From an uncultured delta proteobacterium (GTDB lineage: Bacteria; Myxococcota_A; Polyangia; Polyangiales; B10-G4), in contig CAVSGI010000004.1 in the NCBI GenBank assembly GCA_963727445.1, positions 220,873 to 284,872 of the forward strand: a stretch of DNA of 64,000 nucleotides. Direction: 5' to 3'. Shown piece by piece: positions 42,952 through 52,177 of this stretch (position 1 is its first letter; the number at the start of each line of letters is the position of its first letter). Below the pieces are notes generated by a model. That model had not been told where the DNA came from, did no database searches, and saw only the letters and a program-made list of their open reading frames with translations. A program made the translations under genes and the position numbers.

Positions 42952-44592
42952 CTACCTGAGGCCGTTGATGCGCTCGCGCACCGGGTTGGTGCGGCCGGGC
43001 ATGTCGTCGAGACGCGCCCCGGCGAGGGTGCCGGTGAACATCATGTCGCCGGAGTCGCCGGACCAGGTCGCGTCGGCGCGGCCGTCCTCGAGGTGGTCGC
43101 GGTCGTAGTCGGTGTCGGTGTCGACGAGGTCCGCAGTGCCCGAGAGGGTGAGGCTGTCGTACTGCCACATCTCGGTGACGTAGTTCTCGATGACGCCGCT
43201 CAGGACGGTGAGGCCGACATCGCACACGCCGTTGGCGATGCTCTCGACGGTGGCGTCCTCACCCGCGAGGGAGCTGGCGATGGAGCTGCAGTCCAGGAGC
43301 TGGGTGAGCAGCTCGTGGGTGCTGGAGGGCGAGCCGGGCAGGGCGGGAAGAAGGACCTCGTTGAGGACCATCTCGACCACCTGGCCGAAGGGAATCGCGA
43401 GCGTGTGCTCGTGCATGGTGATGGTCGGGCCGACCTCGACCGTGAGGTTCGCCAGCGCGCGGATGCTGCGGTTGGCCTCGCCACCGCCGACGAGCGGGAA
43501 GTGGATGCCCGTCACGAGGTGGGTGCCGTCGTAGGTGCCGAACTCGGTGCCTTCGCCGAAGGTCAGCTCGCCGTCGAGGGTGAGCTGGGTGAAGGCGGTG
43601 TCGATGCCGTGGCCCAGGTCGAAGAGGTCGCTCACGTAGCCGGGGACGTGGATGTCGTCGATGGCGTTGCGGAGCGCGTTGGCGACCAGGTCGCGGGTCA
43701 CGCGGCTGGAGAGCGCGCTGCGGAGCCAGCTGGGCACCGAGTCGCTGCCCGCGACGTAGTCGACGAGCCAGCGCGCCGGGTCGGTGGCGAGACCGGTGAG
43801 CAGGTCGAGGGTGAAGTCGAGCGCGGGGCTGAAGCCGGCGGTGACGTCGAAGGTCTCCTCGACCGAGTAGGTGCCGCCGAAGAGCTCGCCGACGTCGGCG
43901 AGGTTGATCTCGACGTTGCCGGTGGGACCGCTGAGGGTCACGTCCGCGCACGCCTCGGCCGCGACGTTGTCGTTACGGTCGATGCCGAGGGCGTACACGG
44001 CCATCGGCACGCCGACCTCGACGTTGTCGAAGGTCTCACGGGCGCGAAGGAACGCGTAGCCGACCTGCGCGGGGCTGGGAACCGAGCGGTCCAGGTCGCT
44101 GCAGGTGATGTTCGAGAAGAGCGCGACCTCGGCGCTGTCGACGACGCGAAGACCGGTGTAGGTCACGACGTAGTCGAGGCTGCCGAAGCTGAGCGGCTGA
44201 ACCTGAATGCCCACACGGGCGGGGTCCTGCGCGAGCTCGGCCGTCGCCACGACATCGAAGTTCGCCTGGGTCCCGGTGCGGAGCGTGATGCTCGCCACGC
44301 CGTCCGCGTCGGTACGCGCGGAGTGACCCGAGAGCGTGCCGCCGGCGGGGTCACCCTCGACGAAGAACTCGACGGTGCCGCTGATCGGATTTCCCTCGGC
44401 GCTGAGGTAGCGGACCTCGATGGCCTCCTCGGCGTACTCGTCGAGGATGCGGCTCGCCGAGCCGACCACCTCGAGGCGCGCGCCGTCGACGACGCCAGGG
44501 CCACCGCCGCCCGGACCGGTGTCGCCGGCGCAACCGACGAACCACGGGGGAAGAAGAAGAAAAAGAGCTAGAAATACGGTTCGAATAGACAT
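42952..44592 (-). CDS. Lipoprotein with N-terminal Ig-like (Big_1) domain
   Basis: Lipobox FVGC; G.LS..SARTDADGVASITLRTG; strongly biased codon use; own promoter and terminator. Confidence 0.7.
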   Translation of the reverse strand: MSIRTVFLALFLLLPPWFVGCAGDTGPGGGGPGVVDGARLEVVGSASRILDEYAEEAIEVRYLSAEGNPISGTVEFFVEGDPAGGTLSGHSARTDADGVASITLRTGTQANFDVVATAELAQDPARVGIQVQPLSFGSLDYVVTYTGLRVVDSAEVALFSNITCSDLDRSVPSPAQVGYAFLRARETFDNVEVGVPMAVYALGIDRNDNVAAEACADVTLSGPTGNVEINLADVGELFGGTYSVEETFDVTAGFSPALDFTLDLLTGLATDPARWLVDYVAGSDSVPSWLRSALSSRVTRDLVANALRNAIDDIHVPGYVSDLFDLGHGIDTAFTQLTLDGELTFGEGTEFGTYDGTHLVTGIHFPLVGGGEANRSIRALANLTVEVGPTITMHEHTLAIPFGQVVEMVLNEVLLPALPGSPSSTHELLTQLLDCSSIASSLAGEDATVESIANGVCDVGLTVLSGVIENYVTEMWQYDSLTLSGTADLVDTDTDYDRDHLEDGRADATWSGDSGDMMFTGTLAGARLDDMPGRTNPVRERINGLR

Positions 44593-44628
44593 GATGGTTT
44601 AGGCCTCCCGCCTGACGAGGGGGCTGTT

Positions 44629-44644
44629 TGCAGCGGTCGTGCCA
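44629..44644 (-). promoter_or_regulatory. sigma54 (-24/-12) promoter
   Basis: Minus strand TGGCACGACCGCTGCA, with GG-N10-GC spacing, 37 nt upstream of the ATG at 44592. Confidence 0.75.
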
Positions 44645-44828
44645 TAAGTTCGGGTCAATGATCTGGGGGCTTAAGGCGACGAGTCGGCCAGGTGGCTAGC
44701 CGACAAGCCGGATCGAAGTCGCTACCTGGCAACTTCGCCTGCCGGAAAATTGAGATGCCTCACAAGGTCGAGGGAAGGTGGGGAAAGTGGCCCTGTCGAA
44801 GGCGCTCTGGGGGCGGTATGTGGGCTCG

Positions 44829-45986
44829 GTGACCGCCGATTTGGAACCGCTGGCGCTCCGCCCTCACTACGCCGCCTTCCTTCGACCTGGGCGCGTCCTG
44901 CTCACCGGTCACTCGCATCAGGCCTGGCCGGACGTGAGCAGGGAAGGGGTGATCGAGGCCTGGGACGACGCGGCGCTGCACGTCGACGACAAGTGGGGCC
45001 TCGCCTGGGACAAGGCGAACGCGGTCCGCGCCGGGGTGGCGGCGCGCATCGGCGGGCGCGCCGAGGACATCGCGCTCGGGCAGAACACCCACGAGTTGGT
45101 CAGCCGGTTTCTGTCCGCGGTCGATCTGCGCAAGCGCCCGCGCATCGTGACCACCAGCGGCGAGTTCCACAGCATGGACCGCCAGCTCCGCCGCCTTGCC
45201 GAGGAGGGCGTGGAGGTGGTCTTCGTGGAGGCGAGCCCAGTGCAGAGCCTGGCGGAGCGGCTGGCGTCGGCCGTGGACGAGCGGACCGCGGCGGTGATGG
45301 CGTCGACCGTGCTCTTCGGGACGTCGAGCCGCGTGCCTGGTCTCGCCGCCGTGACCGAAGCGGCCCACCGCGCGGGAGCCGCCGTCCTCTATGACGGCTA
45401 CCACGCCTTCGGCGTCGTCCCCGAGACCCTCGCCGACCTCGGCCCCGATCCGATCTTCTACGTCGCCGGCGGATACAAGTACGCCCAGTGGGGGGAGGGC
45501 GCCTGCTTCCTGCGCGTCCCCGAAGAGAGCGAGGCGCGGCCCATCTACACGGGCTGGTTCAGCGACTTCGAAAACCTCGACCGACCGCGCGGCTCGGAGA
45601 TCGGCTACGGCGCGACCGGCGCCGACCGCTTCGCCGGCAGCACCTACGACCCCACGAGCCACTACCGCGCCGCCCGGGTGATCCGCTTCTTCGAGGAGCA
45701 GGCGTTGACCGTGCCCGCCCTGCGCGCGCTCTCCCTGCGCCAGACCCAGCGGATCCTCGACGGCCTCGACGGCTACGAGGTCCTCACGCCACGCGCGCCC
45801 GACGCGCGGGGCGGCTTCGTGGCGCTGCGCATCGCCGACGCCTCCCGCGTGGTGAAGGCCCTGCGCGCCGAAGACATCTTCGCCGACTCGCGCGCCGACG
45901 TCCTGCGACTCGGGCCCGCCCCTTACGTGACCGACGACGAGATCGACAGCGCTCTGGAAGCCCTGAGACGCGTGAGCACGTCATAG
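44829..45986 (+). CDS. Kynureninase-like PLP enzyme (aminotransferase class V)
   Basis: LTGHSHQAWPD; GEFHS; DGYHAFG; GGYKYAQWGEG; GWFS; FAGSTYDP; D.R...LRLGPAPY. Confidence 0.8.
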   Translation: MTADLEPLALRPHYAAFLRPGRVLLTGHSHQAWPDVSREGVIEAWDDAALHVDDKWGLAWDKANAVRAGVAARIGGRAEDIALGQNTHELVSRFLSAVDLRKRPRIVTTSGEFHSMDRQLRRLAEEGVEVVFVEASPVQSLAERLASAVDERTAAVMASTVLFGTSSRVPGLAAVTEAAHRAGAAVLYDGYHAFGVVPETLADLGPDPIFYVAGGYKYAQWGEGACFLRVPEESEARPIYTGWFSDFENLDRPRGSEIGYGATGADRFAGSTYDPTSHYRAARVIRFFEEQALTVPALRALSLRQTQRILDGLDGYEVLTPRAPDARGGFVALRIADASRVVKALRAEDIFADSRADVLRLGPAPYVTDDEIDSALEALRRVSTS

Positions 45987-46124
45987 AGTTTAAGGTGCCC
46001 ACGACGTCGCGCGGGGTGTCACCCCAACGGGGTGACGCGTGCTCGTGGACGAGCGGACAGCGCCTTGCGCCCGTTGACGACACACGGAGCCACGTGCATG
46101 GTTGCCATGCAAAGGGGGATCAAC

Positions 46125-46913
46125 ATGTTCTCGTCTCGTCTCGTCTCGTCGTCGTCTCGTCTCGTCTCGTCTCGTCTCGTTGAAGCCGTTTTGATTGCAG
46201 CGGTGGCTGCGTGCGCGTTGAGCTCACCTACATCCGCCCGCGCCGCCATATGCGGCACCGTGTACGGCGACACCGGCGACAACAAGATCGTGCTGGGGGA
46301 GCAGGCAAGCTACTTCTGGTACAACGGGCAGCAGTGGTTTTACGGGCTGGGGAAGCTGATGTCGTGCGTGAAGGACTCGACCGGCTCCTGGAGCTCGACG
46401 GTTCTCACGGGATGCACGAGCACGACGTCATCGACCGATCGCGTGTTCGTGACCGCGTATGCGGGTGACGACCAACTCGCCCCGAACACGGAGGTCCAAG
46501 ACTGCCCCGCCGCTTCCGGCGACTTCATGATCGCATGGAACCCCGCCGTCCTGTCGTTCGGCATCGAGGCGGACATGGGCACGGGCAGCGACACGGCGGA
46601 TGGCTCGGGCAACGACGATACGCTCTACTCGAACTACCCCGGCACCGTGCTCCCGTTCAACCCGACACCCGCGGACTCGGCGAACGATCTCTTGTGCGGG
46701 CGGGACGGCGACGACGAATTGATCGGCGACAAGGACGACTCGGCCTCCCATCAGGAGTTCCTCGGAGGCGGCGACGGCGACGACGACTTCTGCAACGGGG
46801 GCAACGATGGGACCTCCTTCGACGAGTGGTTCGACTGTGGGTCACACTCCTCGGCCAGCATGGCCGGCGACGATCCTTGTCCGGTTTCGGTCCCCGACCT
46901 GATCCCGTGGTGA
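46125..46913 (+). CDS. Secreted Cys/Asp-rich protein with RTX-like Ca-binding repeats
   Basis: RBS AAGGGGG; signal ending ARA; GTGSD..DGSGNDD, GRDGDDELIGD, GGGDGDDDFC. Confidence 0.65.
   Translation: MFSSRLVSSSSRLVSSRLVEAVLIAAVAACALSSPTSARAAICGTVYGDTGDNKIVLGEQASYFWYNGQQWFYGLGKLMSCVKDSTGSWSSTVLTGCTSTTSSTDRVFVTAYAGDDQLAPNTEVQDCPAASGDFMIAWNPAVLSFGIEADMGTGSDTADGSGNDDTLYSNYPGTVLPFNPTPADSANDLLCGRDGDDELIGDKDDSASHQEFLGGGDGDDDFCNGGNDGTSFDEWFDCGSHSSASMAGDDPCPVSVPDLIPW
46131..46180 (+). repeat. Pentanucleotide SSR (TCGTC)4-G-(TCGTC)5-TCGT
   Basis: Read directly; begins at codon 3 of the ORF starting at 46125. Confidence 0.92.
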
Positions 46914-48196
46914 TCCTCCGGGCGGTGGTGGCCTTCGGGGGGCACGTGTGGCCTCTGTCGCTCGTGTGCGTCCTCGCGTGTGCGGCGAGCCACCATGACG
47001 GCGACGAGGACGCGGGTGCCGATTCCGGCGGTCCGGTCGACGCGGCGTCCGACGTCGCGGACGTGGGGCCCGACTCGCTCTGCGCACCGGGTGAGGACTG
47101 CCGTGTCGTGCAGATCGTGACGTCGTCGGCGGGCAACACGTGCGCGCTCCTCGGCTCGGGCGCCGTCGCGTGCTGGGGCAACAACGAGCGGGGACAGCTG
47201 GGCACGGCGGAGCCCGCGTGGTCGGCTCGGCCCGTCCGCGTGGCCCTGCCGCGCGCGTCGCGACTCCTGCCGCCCACCAGCTACTCGTGTGCGATCACGG
47301 AGGCCGGGATCCTGTGCTGGGGGGGAGCGCTCGACGAGCCCCAACTCGTCGACACGGTTCAGATCGAGCCCAGCGCACAGCTATTCGGGCGCTTCGACGA
47401 GCCGGTAGACGGCGCGGTCGGCAGCCGCCACGTCTGCGCGCTGGCGTCTAGCGGCGCCGTTCAATGCTTCGGGCAGAATGGCCGGGGCGAGCTTGGCATC
47501 GGCACGCGTGATGAATTCGCGACGCGGCTTGGGCCCTTCGAGGTCGAAGGGCTCCCGCCCGTGGCAGTCCTCGACGCGAGCTCGCATCACACGTGTGCGC
47601 TGGGTCGAGACGCCGCGCTGTACTGCTGGGGTGCGAACGACCTCGGGCAGGTCGGAGACGGCCGGGGCGAGGGCTTTGGACACATCGAGGCCGATGCGCT
47701 CTCGCCCGTCCGCATCCTCGAGGGGATCGCGCAGGTCTCGGTGGGCTATCAGCTCAGTTGCGTAGTGGACATGGAGGGGGTCGTGTGGTGCTGGGGATCG
47801 AACAACAACGGCCAAGTGGGATATCCAACGGGCGAAGACCTCTTCTCTCCATCGCCTGGGCGCGTGTCGCTGCCCTTCGATGAGCGGGCCGTGGACATCT
47901 CTGCCGGGAATTCGAACACGTGTGCCGTCGCCGAGAGCGGCCACGTGTACTGCTGGGGTGGCAACGCGGAGGGCGGCTCGCTCGGCGTGGGCGATCCGAG
48001 CTCGTTCATATCCAACCGGCCGCTCGAGGTGCTGGACATCCGCACGGCGACGGCCGTGTCGAACGGCGGCAGACATGCGTGCGCGATCGTGGACGACGGA
48101 GATCTCGTCTGCTGGGGTCGAAACCAATACGGAAGCGTCGGCGACGGAACGACGATCGACCGCCCCGCACCCACCCCGGTCATCGGAATTCGATGA
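46910..48196 (+). CDS. RCC1/BLIP-II repeat beta-propeller exported protein
   Basis: About seven repeats of (H)TCA...G.V.CWG.N..GQ.G. Confidence 0.85.
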   Translation: MILRAVVAFGGHVWPLSLVCVLACAASHHDGDEDAGADSGGPVDAASDVADVGPDSLCAPGEDCRVVQIVTSSAGNTCALLGSGAVACWGNNERGQLGTAEPAWSARPVRVALPRASRLLPPTSYSCAITEAGILCWGGALDEPQLVDTVQIEPSAQLFGRFDEPVDGAVGSRHVCALASSGAVQCFGQNGRGELGIGTRDEFATRLGPFEVEGLPPVAVLDASSHHTCALGRDAALYCWGANDLGQVGDGRGEGFGHIEADALSPVRILEGIAQVSVGYQLSCVVDMEGVVWCWGSNNNGQVGYPTGEDLFSPSPGRVSLPFDERAVDISAGNSNTCAVAESGHVYCWGGNAEGGSLGVGDPSSFISNRPLEVLDIRTATAVSNGGRHACAIVDDGDLVCWGRNQYGSVGDGTTIDRPAPTPVIGIR

Positions 48197-48895
48197 TGGC
48201 AGGCTCCCGGCGACGGCGCAGCAAGCCCGCGCTCCTCGTCTTCGACGAGACGGCGGGCGCGAATCGATTCGCCGTGGCGGTCCGCGGTGATGCGCTCGCA
48301 GTCGCTTCGGGCACCATGGGCTCGCCGCTGACGCGGCTCACGTTCTACGATCGCTCGCTGATGGGTGGCGCGACGTCGACGTGCTTGGTCACCAGCGGCA
48401 CCCAGCCGCTCGCCCTCGCCGCCACGCCCTCGGGCTTTCTGTTCGCCATCGCCGGGCTCGATGGTGGGACGGAGCTCCATTCGCTCGACGCGAACCTGGC
48501 CCCGGCCGGTAGAATCACCGTGGTCTCCGACCTGACCTCGCACGCCGGTCTGGCGGACCGAGGTGTTCGACTTCGTCATCGAGCCCGGGCTCGGGTCGAG
48601 CGCGCATCTCGGTGATCGCTTCCTCGTCGCGATGCGGCGAGAAGCCGGGATCGGCGTCGCGACCATCGAGCTCGATGGAGCCGTGAGCTGTGTGCAAAAC
48701 CCGACTCCGGACGCGACCGAGTACCCACGGATCGCGTCGGACGGCGAGGGCGTCTCGATGACCTGGGGCGATTTCGGCAGCCCGATTGCCGCTCACACGA
48801 GGTGGGCGCGCCTCGATGACACCGGTGCCCGCGTCGCCATCGGAGCGAGCGACGCCCCGCTGGGCGTCGCGCGGCTCTCGATCACTGCGCCCTGA
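48193..48895 (+). CDS. Hypothetical protein or gene remnant, apparently frameshifted near 48560
   Basis: Coding-like text in two consecutive frames (PALLVFDE...; FDFVIEPG...RWARLDDTG); no recognised family. Confidence 0.35.
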
Positions 48896-49498
48896 GCTTC
48901 GCGGAGTGCGGGGTGGAGATCGTGACCGGGGCGGAGACGTCAACCGACGCGTCTGCAGAATCTCGTCCCACTTCGTGATCCGCTCGTCCTCCTCCAGCAT
49001 GTCGACGAGAGCGTTGCGCACGAAAGCGCGATCGAAGCGCTCTCCCTGAACTTCCAACATGCGCTCGATGTCGATGAGGTCTTTCGGTCGAAAGAAGAGC
49101 ATCTTGAAGACCGCGAGCACTTCCGCGGAGTGAACCCAGGTGGAGCGACCCACGATGGTGGTACGCACCCGACGCTTCTCGGCTTGGTCGTAGAAGGGAA
49201 TGCTGGGTATGAATACGTCGACTCGAATCGTCCCCGCCCGACCCACGAACATTCCCCTCTTGTCGGCGTCCACCCGCGCGGCTTCTCGCGGCACTTCGAC
49301 ACGAGCCGATTCGACGAGGTCGATGGCGCGGTCGATCTCCTCGGCGCCGACCCAGACCACGATGTCCACGTCAGCCGTCGCGCGGGGCTCTGACCAGGCG
49401 GCCAGGGCGATCGCGCCGCCCAACGCATAGGTCACGTCGCTCGCCTCCAGGACGTCGATGAGGCGGCCTACGACACCGGAGATCGTGTCATCGGGCAT
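48515..49498 (-). CDS. Nucleotidyltransferase toxin, MenT1/AbiEii-like (DUF1814/DUF6036); conserved part ends near 48945
   Basis: YALGGAIALAAWSEPRATADVDIVV, VDVF, FKM...RPKD..D; the tail beyond about 48945 overlaps an antisense ORF and may reflect a lost stop. Confidence 0.75.
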   Translation of the reverse strand: MPDDTISGVVGRLIDVLEASDVTYALGGAIALAAWSEPRATADVDIVVWVGAEEIDRAIDLVESARVEVPREAARVDADKRGMFVGRAGTIRVDVFIPSIPFYDQAEKRRVRTTIVGRSTWVHSAEVLAVFKMLFFRPKDLIDIERMLEVQGERFDRAFVRNALVDMLEEDERITKWDEILQTRRLTSPPRSRSPPRTPRSSGRSDREPRDAQRGVARSDGDAGTGVIEARPPRVSGNRAAEIAPGHRDALAVRRDPWVLGRVRSRVLHTAHGSIELDGRDADPGFSPHRDEEAITEMRARPEPGLDDEVEHLGPPDRRARSGRRPR

Positions 49499-49709
49499 CG
49501 CCGCGCTTCATCAGACGCTGCCAGAGCGCCTCCGATGCCGCGGATCGGGGCGTCGGTGCGCGGAGCGCGGCCGGGTCCGGACGCCCCTCGACGATCGAGT
49601 CCACCAGATCGCAGACCTCGATGAAGAGCGCGAGCCGCTGTTCCGGCGTCATCTCTGCGAATCTCTCCGTGTCACGCTCTTCGCTCTCGACGAACGCGGG
49701 CAAACCCAT
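49488..49709 (-). CDS. Small putative antitoxin (MenA1-like)
   Basis: 73 aa; MTPEQRLALFIEVCDL helix; overlaps the NTase start. Confidence 0.6.
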   Translation of the reverse strand: MGLPAFVESEERDTERFAEMTPEQRLALFIEVCDLVDSIVEGRPDPAALRAPTPRSAASEALWQRLMKRGDAR

Positions 49710-49795
49710 CCATCAAGGGTAGCACGCGCACCCGTCTGCGCGCGTGAACACGCGCAGATGGAATCGCCGTCGGCTCACTCGTCTCGGCGTCAGTC

Positions 49796-50728
49796 CTAAG
49801 CCATGACGCGGACGACGGCGCGGCCGATGGCGCGGCCGAGGCGGTCGACGGGGACCTCGCCGCGAATGCGTTTCTCCGCTTCGACGTAGGCGGGGACCTG
49901 GCGAAGGCGCTCGGGGGCGAGGCGGCGCGCGGCGCGCAGGGCGCGGAGGGTCGCGCGGTAGAGGGCGCGCTCGCGGAGGCCGAAGCGCAGGCCGAAGGGG
50001 TGGCGCAGGTGCGCCGGCATCAGGCCGGCGGTGAGCACCTCGTACCAGCGCGAGATGGGCACGTGGAGCCGCGTGGGCGGCGTCAACAAGAAGCGGCCGA
50101 GGGAGGCGCCCGCGCGCGTCACGACGATGGCGTCGGAGCGAAGGGTCTCGTCGAAGTAGGCGCGGAAGGCGCGGTAGTCGCCGGGGACCATGGACCCGGG
50201 GATCCCGAAGAGGCGCGCGAAGCGGGCGGACTCGCGGATGTAGCGATCGCGCTCGGCCCGCGTCAGCTCGCGGACCACGAGCTCGAAGGAGAGCATCGCG
50301 CTGTCGACGAGGGTGGCGTGGACCCAGAGCAGGGCGTCGGGGTCGAGCGCGCGGTAGGGGTCGCCCGCGCGGTAGCGCCCGAGGGTCTCCAAGAGCGTGC
50401 CCTCGATGTGCTGGTGGATCCGGTGAACGCGGCGCGCCGAGGCGAAGGCGTCGTCGAGGGAGCCGAAGCAGATGGCGTAGACGTGCTCGAAGGTGCGGCG
50501 GAAGCGGCCCGCCACGTCCTGTCGGGTGCGCGAGTGCACGTCGACGGCGGTCGCCACGAAAGGGTGGGCGAGCTGAAGGAGCGCGGCGCGGCCGCCGGCG
50601 AGGAAGAGCGCGCCCTCGCGGTCGACCTCCCAGCTGACGCTGAAGGGGCCGTGGATCCCCGCGCGCGGGTCCGTGGAGCCGTGCTCGATCTCACGGATGG
50701 CGTCCTCGATCACTTCCCGCGCGTCCAC
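49796..50728 (-). CDS. Oxygenase MpaB/DUF2236 family protein
   Basis: GP.S.SW; GRAALLQLAHP.VA..V..HS; V.RIH..I.G; Y.A.DP..LLWVHATL. Confidence 0.88.
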   Translation of the reverse strand: MDAREVIEDAIREIEHGSTDPRAGIHGPFSVSWEVDREGALFLAGGRAALLQLAHPFVATAVDVHSRTRQDVAGRFRRTFEHVYAICFGSLDDAFASARRVHRIHQHIEGTLLETLGRYRAGDPYRALDPDALLWVHATLVDSAMLSFELVVRELTRAERDRYIRESARFARLFGIPGSMVPGDYRAFRAYFDETLRSDAIVVTRAGASLGRFLLTPPTRLHVPISRWYEVLTAGLMPAHLRHPFGLRFGLRERALYRATLRALRAARRLAPERLRQVPAYVEAEKRIRGEVPVDRLGRAIGRAVVRVMA

Positions 50729-50798
50729 CCTTCGAGTTTACCCTCTCGGTCGGGAAGGTCGGATAGACCCCCCTTCGTATTCAGACGTCGGAGACAGC

Positions 50799-51716
50799 AT
50801 GAGACGAACGAGGCTCGCGAGCCTTCTGGCCATTTTTGCCCTCGGTTGTGGGTCCAGTAGCTACAGCTACGAATCGGCGCCACCCTCTGGCAGCACGATC
50901 ACGACCGCGGGGGGGACGATGGCGCCCGCGGCCCCCGCCGAGCCCGAGGCCGAGTACGCCCTCGCGGCGGACGAAGCGGGCTATGGCGGCATGGCGGGCG
51001 GCGACGACTGGGGCGACGCCGACTTCGAGGAGGAGGCCATGCCCCCCGCCCAGTCGGTGAGCGACGTCCTTCAGGAGGCGCGACCGCGCGTGGCGCAGAA
51101 CGCGCCCACGCCGTCGCCACAGGCCCAGCAGGCGCAGGGAGGCGAGGGCGGCGAAGCCAGCGACGGCGTCGACCTGAGCGGTCCGCTTCTGATCTACACC
51201 GCCCTGTTCCACCTCGGCGTCTACGAGGTGACCCAGACCCAGGACGCCATCCTCGAGCAGCTGGCCGAGCTCGACGTGATCCTCGCGCGGCGCAGCGACA
51301 CCGAGCTCGTGCTCCGCGTCCCCGCCGCCAACTTTCAGCGCGCCGTCGACAGCGTCGAGGGCGCTGGCGACGTGCTCCACCGCGAGGTGAACGTGCAGGA
51401 CGTCGGCGAGGAGTTCCGCGACATCTCCATTCGCCTTCGAAACGCCGAGGTCATGCGCACCCGCCTCGAGGCGCTCCTCACCCGCGCCGACGACGTGGAG
51501 GACGCCCTCGCCATCGAGCGCGAGCTCCAGCGCCTGACCGAGATCATCGAGCGCTTCAAGGGACGGCAGCGCTACCTCGCCGATCAAATCCGCTTCTCGA
51601 CCATCACCATCATCTTCCAGCCGCTCTCCACCGAGCCCACCGGACCCGACGGCTTCACGCTCCCCTTCGATTGGCTCGAGCAGCTCGGGCTCTCCAACCT
51701 GATGAGGCTCCGATGA
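50799..51716 (+). CDS. DUF4349 domain lipoprotein
   Basis: Lipobox ALGC; LIYTA; LRVPA..F; QDV.EEF.D...RL; IERELQR...IE..KG...YL..Q..FSTITI. Confidence 0.85.
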   Translation: MRRTRLASLLAIFALGCGSSSYSYESAPPSGSTITTAGGTMAPAAPAEPEAEYALAADEAGYGGMAGGDDWGDADFEEEAMPPAQSVSDVLQEARPRVAQNAPTPSPQAQQAQGGEGGEASDGVDLSGPLLIYTALFHLGVYEVTQTQDAILEQLAELDVILARRSDTELVLRVPAANFQRAVDSVEGAGDVLHREVNVQDVGEEFRDISIRLRNAEVMRTRLEALLTRADDVEDALAIERELQRLTEIIERFKGRQRYLADQIRFSTITIIFQPLSTEPTGPDGFTLPFDWLEQLGLSNLMRLR

Positions 51717-52174
51717 AGCGCGCGACGAGCATCGCCCTGTTGCTCCTCGTCACCTCCGGGTGCGGGGCCAACTTCGCCATGACCGCCCCCGACGGATTCG
51801 TGGAGCTCGAGGAGGACTACTCCCTTTACGACGCGCGCTTCACCAGCGCCGACGGCGTCGTCATCTCGGTGCGCGAGCTCGAGCACGAGCCCCACGGCGA
51901 CATGGACTTCTGGGTCGAAGCCATCCAGAACCGCATGCGGATGAACGGCGGCTACGCTCTGCTCGACACCAAGGACGTGCACGCCGCGACGGGGCAGAGC
52001 GGCAAGCAGCTCCGCTTCGGTCGCGACCAGAACGGCACGCCCTTCAAGTACTGGATCACCATCTTCGTCACGGACGACCACATCCACATCGTCGAGGCGG
52101 GCGGGCGCACGGAGCAGTTCGACGCCGCCGAGGCGCGGGTGGAGCGCGCAATCGCGGGCTTCGAGATCCACTGA
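51713..52174 (+). CDS. Small lipoprotein (PsbP/DcrB-like fold possible)
   Basis: Lipobox TSGC; APDGFVEL; ATGA coupling to the DUF4349 gene. Confidence 0.65.
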   Translation: MKRATSIALLLLVTSGCGANFAMTAPDGFVELEEDYSLYDARFTSADGVVISVRELEHEPHGDMDFWVEAIQNRMRMNGGYALLDTKDVHAATGQSGKQLRFGRDQNGTPFKYWITIFVTDDHIHIVEAGGRTEQFDAAEARVERAIAGFEIH

Positions 52175-52177
52175 TCG

